This document shows positions 1 through 7,542 of a DNA stretch of 64,000 bases, in pieces. The first letter of the stretch is position 1. Every line of letters begins with the position of its first letter. The notes under the pieces are model-generated. The model worked only from the letters and a program-made list of their open reading frames with translations, ran no database searches and was not told the origin of the DNA. Origin of the DNA: Candidatus Kaiserbacteria bacterium (lineage in GTDB: Bacteria > Patescibacteriota > Minisyncoccia > Phycocordibacterales > UBA2100); contig JACRFK010000003.1 in NCBI GenBank assembly GCA_016217925.1, positions 143,656 to 207,655 on the forward strand, read 5' to 3'. A program made the position numbers and the translations under genes.

Positions 1-269
1 GTCTACGAAAATATCGCGTGTGTCGTAACGGTCTTCCGGAAGCGCCGCGAGCATCGCCGCACCCGTTTTGAGCGAAAGGTCATATTCACTCGATGTCCCT
101 CCGCGCAAAATACCGACGCTCGTGCGTGCCATCCGAAAATTATACCATCCGTTTGCGTTGTCGAGTCCGGTGCCACGTAATGTCGCTACACTCCTTGGAA
201 ACCCACGGTTTCCAACGCTCGCTTTGCTCGCTGCTTTCCGTCACGGGGAACTCCCGTTCCCCGACCCCC

Positions 270-1565
270 TCACCATCCCATGGCTCGCCGCCTCCGGCTG
301 CGGTGCCAAGTGATGGCGAATCGGTGTGCTTCGCTATTGGCAAGCAATATGTCGTGCTCGTGGACGGAAATGGTGTGTCTGTCGCCGATGAGGCGCTCCG
401 GTTTGTGAAATTCATTCTTTACGACTCCGACGAGCGGCACGCTGATGCCGGCCTTGTTCAAGACTTTCTTTGCGGCATTCATCTGTCCTATGCCGCCGTC
501 GACAACAAAGACCCTCGGCAGCGGCCACTCGGGATGGCCGAGTCGTCGTTCAAGAACTTCGCGCAGAGCAGCAGTATCGTTGTTGGTGGCTGAATGAATC
601 TCGAATTTCCGGTACGCCGCGGGCAACTTCTCGCCGTTCGAAACAACCGTCATCACGGCTACCGTCTCGGAGCCCCCTGTGTGAGCCACATCGTATGCCT
701 CAATGCGGACGCCCCCGCCCGAGGAAATTTTGTTCTCACTTTTGATGAGCGACACATCGCGTATGTGTTCGAGTGCTGATATCTGCCGGCGGAGCTTTGT
801 CGCTTCTTCAAAATGCTCGCTCCTTGCGGCGGCCCGCATCTCACGCGCGAGCCGGCGTTTAAGCCCGTGAAAGTTCGCCGAGAACAGGTCTTTTATATTG
901 CGTATCGTTCGTGCGTACTCTACTTTCGATACTTCACCCGTGCAGACGCCTGGGCACAATCCTATCTGCCGGTTGAAGCACGGACGGCAAGGTTTGTTTT
1001 TGCCTTGTCCGCAGGGAATGCACTTCGAGTCACGGAACGGAAATATTCTTCGCACAGTTTTCACCGCCTCCTGCAGTTGCATTCCGTGCGGAAACGGCCC
1101 GAACGTGTACTTGACGTCCTTTTGGTCCCACTTTTGTCCTCCGAAGGAGGATCCGCCTCCGGCGGAATACAACTCGCGGCCGCGGACGAGGAGTACGCGA
1201 GGGAAATCTTCTTTTGTAATGACGACGTAGTTCCAACTCTTGTTGTCTTTTTCATCTACGTTGTACGGCGGCTGATGGCGCTTGATGAGTTCGGCTTCGA
1301 GTATGAGGGCTTCGAGCACCGAGCCTGTCGTCTGCGACGAGAGCCGGTCGGCCATCTCGACCATCCCGACGACCCGTCCGCCGCGTGCCGCAACGAGGTC
1401 GGCGGCAAAATAGCTCCGCACGCGGTCGCGCAAATTGGTCGCCTTGCCGATGTACAGAATTTTCCGTCCTTTTTTGAAGATATAAACTCCCGGCCTGTCC
1501 GGGAGCTTGAACTTCTTCAGTTCGTCCTTCGTCATCAGGACACTATACAGAAACCGCTTATCCAC
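270..1565 (-). CDS. uvrC: UvrC-like excinuclease ABC subunit C, short form (GIY-YIG nuclease, UvrC Cys cluster, RNase H-like endonuclease region)
   Basis: 431-aa ORF. N-terminal GIY-YIG motif GVYIFKKGRKILYIGKATNLRDRVRSYF. Cys cluster CIPCGQGKNKPCRPCF. Shorter than the canonical ~600-aa UvrC, probably lacking the C-terminal HhH. Confidence 0.8.
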   Translation of the reverse strand: MDKRFLYSVLMTKDELKKFKLPDRPGVYIFKKGRKILYIGKATNLRDRVRSYFAADLVAARGGRVVGMVEMADRLSSQTTGSVLEALILEAELIKRHQPPYNVDEKDNKSWNYVVITKEDFPRVLLVRGRELYSAGGGSSFGGQKWDQKDVKYTFGPFPHGMQLQEAVKTVRRIFPFRDSKCIPCGQGKNKPCRPCFNRQIGLCPGVCTGEVSKVEYARTIRNIKDLFSANFHGLKRRLAREMRAAARSEHFEEATKLRRQISALEHIRDVSLIKSENKISSGGGVRIEAYDVAHTGGSETVAVMTVVSNGEKLPAAYRKFEIHSATNNDTAALREVLERRLGHPEWPLPRVFVVDGGIGQMNAAKKVLNKAGISVPLVGVVKNEFHKPERLIGDRHTISVHEHDILLANSEAHRFAITWHRSRRRRAMGW

Positions 1566-1576
1566 CGCGAATTTGA

Positions 1577-1657
1577 CCCCGTTAGAGGCTCCGGACGCTG
1601 TGTGTATCTGGAACTATCGAACCCACGAGGTCTTTTCAGAGGCTGCCTCTAACGGGG
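1577..1657. repeat. Palindromic element, GTTAGAGG family: CCCCGTTAGAGGC, 55 nt, GCCTCTAACGGGG
   Basis: Exact 13-nt inverted arms at 1577-1589 and 1645-1657. The same arms recur at 14007-14035, and related arms at 15075-15105 and 52342-52425. Confidence 0.7.
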
Positions 1658-1685
1658 TTGACTTTTTCCCGACCCCGTTTATACT
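1658..1685 (+). promoter_or_regulatory. Sigma70-like promoter, TTGACT-16-TATACT, upstream of carA
   Basis: TTGACT at 1658-1663, 16-nt spacer, TATACT at 1680-1685. It lies about 100 nt upstream of the carA ATG and directly abuts the right arm of the palindromic element. Confidence 0.5.
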
Positions 1686-1789
1686 TACGTTTTAATGACC
1701 TCCAAGAAGTTTCCAACGACAAACACCCGCCCGGGTGTATTTTTATACCCTCACTCTCGACCCGCCTCTGGCGGGTCTTTTTCTAGCCT

Positions 1790-2860
1790 ATGAAATTGAT
1801 ACTCAAAGACGGTACGGTGTTCGAAGGGCAAAGCTTTGGTGCCCCCAAAAGTACCGCCGGCGAAGTGGTTTTTAATACCGGAATGACGGGATACGTCGAG
1901 AGCCTTTCTGACCCTTCGTACGCGGGACAAATCGTCGTCCTCACCTACCCGCTCGTGGGCAACTACGGCGTACCCGACAAGAAGTATTTTGAATCAAATA
2001 AGATGCAGATAGCGGGGCTAGTGGTCTCCGAATATTCGGAAAACTACTCACATCACGACGCAAAGGGGTCGCTCGCCGAGTGGCTCAAGTCTTCCGGCGT
2101 ACCCGCGATAACGGGCGTGGACACCCGCGCGCTCACCAAGCGCCTGCGCGAGCACGGGGTGATGTTAGGCGCGCTTAGCGTCAATCCCGCCAAGGGCGGG
2201 ACGAGGTTCACCGACCCAAATGACGAAAATCTCGTCGCCCGCGTGAGCATCAAAAAGAAAAAGACCTACGGCAACGGGCCGGTGAAAATAATCGCCGTTG
2301 ACTGCGGCATGAAAGAAAACATCGTTCGCGCGCTCACGCGACCCGAGACTACGGTCATCCGTGTACCGTGGGATTATGACTTCACCGAAGACAAGTACGA
2401 CGCGCTCTTTATTTCCAACGGCCCCGGCGACCCGACGCAATGCTGGATAACAATCGAACATATCAAGCACGCGATGTCTGCGGACAAGCCGATACTGGGG
2501 ATCTGCCTCGGTAATCAACTACTTGCACTCGCTGCAGGGGCAAAAACGTACAAGCTTAAGTACGGTCACAGAGGTCAAAACCAACCCTGCATAGATCTTG
2601 AGAACGGGCGCTGCTACATCACCTCACAAAATCACGGCTTCGCCGTGGACGGCAAAACACTCCCCGACGGATGGGGAGAATGGTTCGTGAATGCGAACGA
2701 CGGAAGCAACGAAGGTGTGCGGCACAAGACGAGGCCGTGGCGCTCGGTGCAATTCCACCCCGAAGCCTCCCCCGGACCCACCGACACCGCGTGGATATTC
2801 GATGAATTCATCGCCGCGTTGAGCAAGTCAGACCCGCACAAAAAGAAAACGTATGAATAA
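1790..2860 (+). CDS. carA: Carbamoyl-phosphate synthase small subunit (glutamine amidotransferase)
   Basis: 356 aa. CarA N-terminal domain, and GATase triad region GICLGNQLLALAAGAKTYKLKYGHRGQNQP. Confidence 0.9.
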   Translation: MKLILKDGTVFEGQSFGAPKSTAGEVVFNTGMTGYVESLSDPSYAGQIVVLTYPLVGNYGVPDKKYFESNKMQIAGLVVSEYSENYSHHDAKGSLAEWLKSSGVPAITGVDTRALTKRLREHGVMLGALSVNPAKGGTRFTDPNDENLVARVSIKKKKTYGNGPVKIIAVDCGMKENIVRALTRPETTVIRVPWDYDFTEDKYDALFISNGPGDPTQCWITIEHIKHAMSADKPILGICLGNQLLALAAGAKTYKLKYGHRGQNQPCIDLENGRCYITSQNHGFAVDGKTLPDGWGEWFVNANDGSNEGVRHKTRPWRSVQFHPEASPGPTDTAWIFDEFIAALSKSDPHKKKTYE

Positions 2861-5800
2861 AGTCCGCAAGGTGCTGCTGTTGGGTTCGGGGGGCCTTCGC
2901 ATCGGTCAGGCGGGTGAGTTTGATTACTCCGGCTCGCAGGCTATCAAGGCGCTCAAAGAGGAGGGTGTCAAAGTCGTACTGATGAATCCGAATATCGCAA
3001 CGGTGCAGACGGATGATAAGCTCGCGGACACCGTGTACTTTCTCCCCCTCACAGAACACTTCGCAACGCAGGTGATAAAGAAAGAAAAGCCCGATGCCAT
3101 ATTGCTCTCCTTCGGCGGGCAGACGGCTCTCAATCTCGGACTCTCGCTCGAAGAGCGCGGAGTCTTGAAAAAGTACAGCGTACGCGTACTCGGCACATCG
3201 GTCGCCACTATCCGCGACACCGAGGACCGCGAGCTATTTGTGCGACGTCTTTCGGAAATCGGTGTAAAGACCGCGCAAAGTCGGGCGACAGAAAATGTAC
3301 GAGACGCACTGAAAGCCGCGGGCGAGATAGGCTACCCGGTAATGATGCGTTCGGGCTTTGCACTCGGCGGTGAAGGGTCGGGAGTCGTTCACAACGAGAA
3401 GGAATTATCTGTGAAGCTAACGGAGGTGTTCAGGAACGTACCGCAGGTTCTCATCGAGGAAAACCTGAGCGGCTGGAAAGAGGTCGAATACGAAGTGGTG
3501 CGCGACCGCGCCGACAACTGCATCACGGTGTGCAATATGGAAAATCTCGATCCGATGGGCATTCATACAGGCGAGAGCATCGTCGTCGCGCCGTCGCAGA
3601 CGCTATCGAATGCCGAGTATCACGGACTTCGCGAGATAGCGATTAAAACGATACGCCACTTGGGAATTGTCGGAGAATGCAACATCCAGTATGCCCTTCA
3701 TCCGCAGACAGGTGACTACCGCGTCATCGAGGTGAACGCCCGCCTCTCGCGCTCTTCCGCGCTCGCATCGAAAGCCACAGGATATCCGCTCGCCTTCGTG
3801 GCCGCCAAGCTCGCGCTCGGATACAAGCTCACCGATATCAAGAATTCAGTCACTGGCAAAACGACTGCCTGCTTCGAGCCCGCACTCGATTACCTCGTCC
3901 TCAAAGCCCCACGCTGGGACCTGACAAAATTCGAGAACGCGGCACCTCGCATCGGTACCGAAATGAAAAGCGTCGGAGAGGTCATGGCCATTGGCCGCTC
4001 TTTCGAAGAAGTGCTGCAAAAAGCGCTTCGCATGCTCAACGTCGGCGTAGACGGATTCGTGCCCGCAAAAAACCCTTGTCCGAAAACCCGGTATTTGGAC
4101 GAAATACAGTACCCGACGACTCGTCGCATCTTTGCGCTCGCGGAAGCGCTGCACGACGGCGTCAATGTGGCCAAGCTGCACGACCTATCCAAAATTGACC
4201 CGTGGTTTCTGGAAAAGATGGGCAATATCGTCGGACTGGAACGTGAACTTAAGAGAAAGAAGTTGACCAAAGAGCTACTCGCACGCGCAAAACGCGCGGG
4301 ATTCTCCGATAAGCGCATTGGAACGTTGAAGAAAACGACTGAAGTGGCCGTCCGCTCTCTCCGCGCGCGCTTGCACGTGTTACCCGTCGTCAAACAGATA
4401 GACACACTTGCGGGTGAATTCCCCGCACAGACCAATTACCTGTACATGACCTACCACGGCACCGAAAACGATGTTGCGCGCGGAAAAAATCAGGTTGCCG
4501 TTTTGGGAAGCGGCCCGTATTGCATCGGCTCATCAGTCGAATTCGATTGGTCCTGCGTACAGGCGCTCAAAACTTTGAAGGCGGAAGGGCGCAACACCAT
4601 CATGATCAATTCCAACCCCGAGACCGTTTCGACCGATTACGACATGTCCGACCGGCTGTATTTCGAGGAACTTTCGCTTGAGCGCGTACTCGACATTGTC
4701 GATTTTGAGCGACCTCTCGGCGTCGTTATCTCAACCGGCGGCCAGATACCCAACAATCTCGCACTTCCGCTGCAGCGCAACAAGGTCAGAATTCTCGGCA
4801 CGGACCCGCAAAATATCAACCGTGCCGAAGACCGTCACGTATTCTCCAAATTGCTCGACGAGCTCGGTATTGACCAGCCCGAGTGGGCGGAACTCACCAC
4901 TCCCGCAGCAGCGGCGAAAGCGGCCGAGAAACTCGGCTACCCGGTCCTCGTGCGTCCCTCATACGTCCTCTCGGGTGCCGCGATGAAGGTGGCCTATGAT
5001 GAGAAATCTTTGCTTGAATTCCTTCAGCGCGCCGTTGACGTATCGTCCGACCACCCCGTTGTGATTTCAAAATTCATCGAGAACGCGCGCGAGATAGAAA
5101 TAGACGGCGTGGCACACAAGGGCGCGCTCGCAATCTACGCCATTACCGAACACATCGAAAATGCCGGCACGCACTCGGGCGACGCCACCGTGGTATTGCC
5201 GCCCCAGCGCACCTACCTCGAGACCATCCGGCGCGCCAAGCACATCACGAAGGATATTTTGAAGGCGCTGAAGATTACCGGCCCCTTCAATATGCAATTC
5301 ATCGCCAAAGACAATCACCTGCTTGTCATCGAGTGTAATCTGCGCGCCTCGCGCAGTTTCCCGTTCGTCTCAAAAGTGACGGGACACAATTTCATCAACC
5401 TCGCGGTACGCGCCATGCTAGGCAAAGATATCGCCGGCCACTATCGGACCGTCGAGCTTGATACCGTCGCCGTGAAATCGCCGCAATTTTCCTACGGCCG
5501 CATCAAGGGGGCCGACCCGCACACGAGCGTGGAGATGGCCTCGACTGGCGAAGTGGCGTGTTTCGGCGATTCCTATTCCGAGGCACTTCTCAAATCTATG
5601 ATGGCCGCGGGTTTCCGTTTGCCGAAGAAGAACGTACTTGTATCTCTCGGCAAAGAGGAGAATAAGATCAAGATGCTGCCGGCTGTAGCCGTGCTCGCCA
5701 ATATGGGATTCAAGCTCTACGCGACCGAGCACACGGCGGATTTTCTGCGCGAGAACAACATCCCGTGCGAGAAAGTCTATAAGATAAGTTCAAATATTGC

Positions 5801-6116
5801 GCCCAACGTCTCGGGGCTGTTCGAGGGCGGCGAGCTTGACCTCATCATCAACATCCCTACGAAGGGGCGCGAGAACACGACAGACGGCTTCACCATCCGC
5901 CGCAAGGCGATTGATATGAATATTCCGCTTATCACCAACCGCCAACTCGCCGAAGCCTTCATAACGGCGCTTGCGGAACAGAAAGCGGAGCGAAGCGGAG
6001 TCCCGCACCAAAAGCCAAAGAAGAAACACATTGGCACTTCAAAAGAGAATGGTAAGCTTTTTGGTGCTGGGAGATACGGACTGGAAGCGAAATCGTGGGA
6101 AGAATATCGTTCATAG
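2853..6116 (+). CDS. carB: Carbamoyl-phosphate synthase large subunit
   Basis: 1087 aa. Two ATP-grasp halves, oligomerisation domain and MGS-like domain. Start overlaps the carA stop by 8 nt. Confidence 0.95.
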   Translation: MNKVRKVLLLGSGGLRIGQAGEFDYSGSQAIKALKEEGVKVVLMNPNIATVQTDDKLADTVYFLPLTEHFATQVIKKEKPDAILLSFGGQTALNLGLSLEERGVLKKYSVRVLGTSVATIRDTEDRELFVRRLSEIGVKTAQSRATENVRDALKAAGEIGYPVMMRSGFALGGEGSGVVHNEKELSVKLTEVFRNVPQVLIEENLSGWKEVEYEVVRDRADNCITVCNMENLDPMGIHTGESIVVAPSQTLSNAEYHGLREIAIKTIRHLGIVGECNIQYALHPQTGDYRVIEVNARLSRSSALASKATGYPLAFVAAKLALGYKLTDIKNSVTGKTTACFEPALDYLVLKAPRWDLTKFENAAPRIGTEMKSVGEVMAIGRSFEEVLQKALRMLNVGVDGFVPAKNPCPKTRYLDEIQYPTTRRIFALAEALHDGVNVAKLHDLSKIDPWFLEKMGNIVGLERELKRKKLTKELLARAKRAGFSDKRIGTLKKTTEVAVRSLRARLHVLPVVKQIDTLAGEFPAQTNYLYMTYHGTENDVARGKNQVAVLGSGPYCIGSSVEFDWSCVQALKTLKAEGRNTIMINSNPETVSTDYDMSDRLYFEELSLERVLDIVDFERPLGVVISTGGQIPNNLALPLQRNKVRILGTDPQNINRAEDRHVFSKLLDELGIDQPEWAELTTPAAAAKAAEKLGYPVLVRPSYVLSGAAMKVAYDEKSLLEFLQRAVDVSSDHPVVISKFIENAREIEIDGVAHKGALAIYAITEHIENAGTHSGDATVVLPPQRTYLETIRRAKHITKDILKALKITGPFNMQFIAKDNHLLVIECNLRASRSFPFVSKVTGHNFINLAVRAMLGKDIAGHYRTVELDTVAVKSPQFSYGRIKGADPHTSVEMASTGEVACFGDSYSEALLKSMMAAGFRLPKKNVLVSLGKEENKIKMLPAVAVLANMGFKLYATEHTADFLRENNIPCEKVYKISSNIAPNVSGLFEGGELDLIINIPTKGRENTTDGFTIRRKAIDMNIPLITNRQLAEAFITALAEQKAERSGVPHQKPKKKHIGTSKENGKLFGAGRYGLEAKSWEEYRS

Positions 6117-6446
6117 AAAAGGAGCGGGAGGGGGGACGCGTGTTACCGACGCAATACAAAACGCAAAACTGATGAGTCCCCCTCCCTCTGCGCCTTTACG
6201 GCACAATCTCGCATTGGCGGATACCCTCAGGGTCCGCGACACAATGCGAACACGAACACAACGTACACAACTGACGCAACGCTACAACATCCCTTACTAG
6301 GGATCGCGGAGTGCGAAGTCCCCTTCGCTTCAACCGCCTCACGGATATTCCGGATTACGTCCGGAGGTCCGTGGAGTCCGCCGAAAGACTTAGCTGGGCA
6401 GCGAAGCTATCGACGGAGTGAAAGGTATGTATACATTATTTGGAGG

Positions 6447-6575
6447 ATTTCTTCAACATTCTCTTCAAATAGTACCCCGTGTGAGAGCCGTCGGTCTTTG
6501 AGACTTCTTGGGGTGTACTCTTAGCAACCAAGTGAGATGGTCGATACTTTGATAATGACACCATTTAGTTTGATG
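6447..6575 (-). pseudogene. Diverged duplicate of the uvrA 3' end (remnant ORF, 42 codons)
   Basis: Minus-strand translation is [42 protein letters not shown]. The real UvrA C-terminus, encoded at 7543-7640, is [32 protein letters not shown] 25-nt core gagccgtcggtctttgagacttctt is identical in both copies. Confidence 0.6.
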
Positions 6576-6631
6576 TAGAATATAAAAAGCAGCGCCGCTT
6601 TGCCTATGTTGGGGCAAAGCGGCGAGAGTTG

Positions 6632-7426
6632 CTACCAGAGCCTAGTAGCACCGATTTTCTTGAAGAACGCCTCTCTCGGGTCTTCCCGAGGTGGAGGTTC
6701 GCAGCCGAACGCAAATGCGACGTCTAGCCGATTCCACCAGGATTCCCGATTCACGTTGAGGCAGGTGAACATGTTATCGTAGAAGTCCGGCCCCCCGCCA
6801 CAGTATGTGTGCACTCCGATGGCTAGCACGACAAGCTGTTGCTCGGACAAAGGAAACGGGTCGTGGAACCCGGCAATTTTGGAACCGCTAAGGCCATAAC
6901 GCCCTGTCCCTATGATGCGTTCGACTTGGAACGGCATCAATTGATGACGTAGACGCGGCATGATGCCTGCGGGAAGTTTCTTGTAGCCAAAGTTATCCAC
7001 GGCAGCCTCCACGCAGGAGAAATCGGACTTGTCGTTCGAAGTCTCTTTGCATGGAATGTCTGCGCCGGGGACAATCGCTATGTAATAATCCTTCCCCGGC
7101 TCCAAGATATGCCCGCCGTTGCTCAAGTGACGTTCGAGCGCATGTTGAGCATAGCTATCAGCCCTTTCTTTTGGGGCGTATCCGGCGGCTCGGAGGAGTT
7201 CTAGCTCCTTTGCTCCGTCAAGACCGAGGCCTCTGACGGTCAACATGAGATGCCCGTGTTCGTTATATTCGAACATCGACGGACCCCAGCAGGGTTGGCG
7301 TTTGACGAACTTCTTCAATTCCGTAAGTGCCTCCTCGCCGTCGTCTGCGGCGAGAAGATCGTCAAGGGCGCCTTTCGGTCCGCGCACTCGGCGGAGCGAA
7401 AGTGTTCCGAGCATACCTTTCGGCAT
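6632..7426 (-). CDS. Hypothetical protein, 264 aa, no recognisable domain
   Basis: Intact ORF. Consensus SD AAGGAG sits 7 nt upstream of the ATG. Extended -10 promoter lies immediately after the uvrA stop. The gene sits between the duplicated uvrA 3' ends. Confidence 0.6.
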   Translation of the reverse strand: MPKGMLGTLSLRRVRGPKGALDDLLAADDGEEALTELKKFVKRQPCWGPSMFEYNEHGHLMLTVRGLGLDGAKELELLRAAGYAPKERADSYAQHALERHLSNGGHILEPGKDYYIAIVPGADIPCKETSNDKSDFSCVEAAVDNFGYKKLPAGIMPRLRHQLMPFQVERIIGTGRYGLSGSKIAGFHDPFPLSEQQLVVLAIGVHTYCGGGPDFYDNMFTCLNVNRESWWNRLDVAFAFGCEPPPREDPREAFFKKIGATRLW

Positions 7427-7500
7427 GGTCGTTCTCCTTGTTTTGATTTCAACGAGCGGTCATGAAATGCGAGCGAATCTCGAATCCCACCGCAACGGTG

Positions 7501-7530
7501 CATTATATCATGATGTCATAAAAAAGCAAG
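7501..7530 (-). promoter_or_regulatory. Sigma70-like promoter TTGCTT-N17-TGaTATAAT for the 264-aa gene
   Basis: Reverse complement reads cttgcttttttatgacatcatgatataatg. It begins right after the uvrA stop codon at 7543-7545. Confidence 0.55.
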
Positions 7531-7542
7531 AGCTTCACAAGT

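Noticed and set aside
813-1652. 279-aa plus-strand ORF overlapping uvrC
   Set aside because: It is antisense to a confidently identified uvrC and has a low-complexity, Arg-rich composition typical of shadow ORFs in GC-rich DNA.
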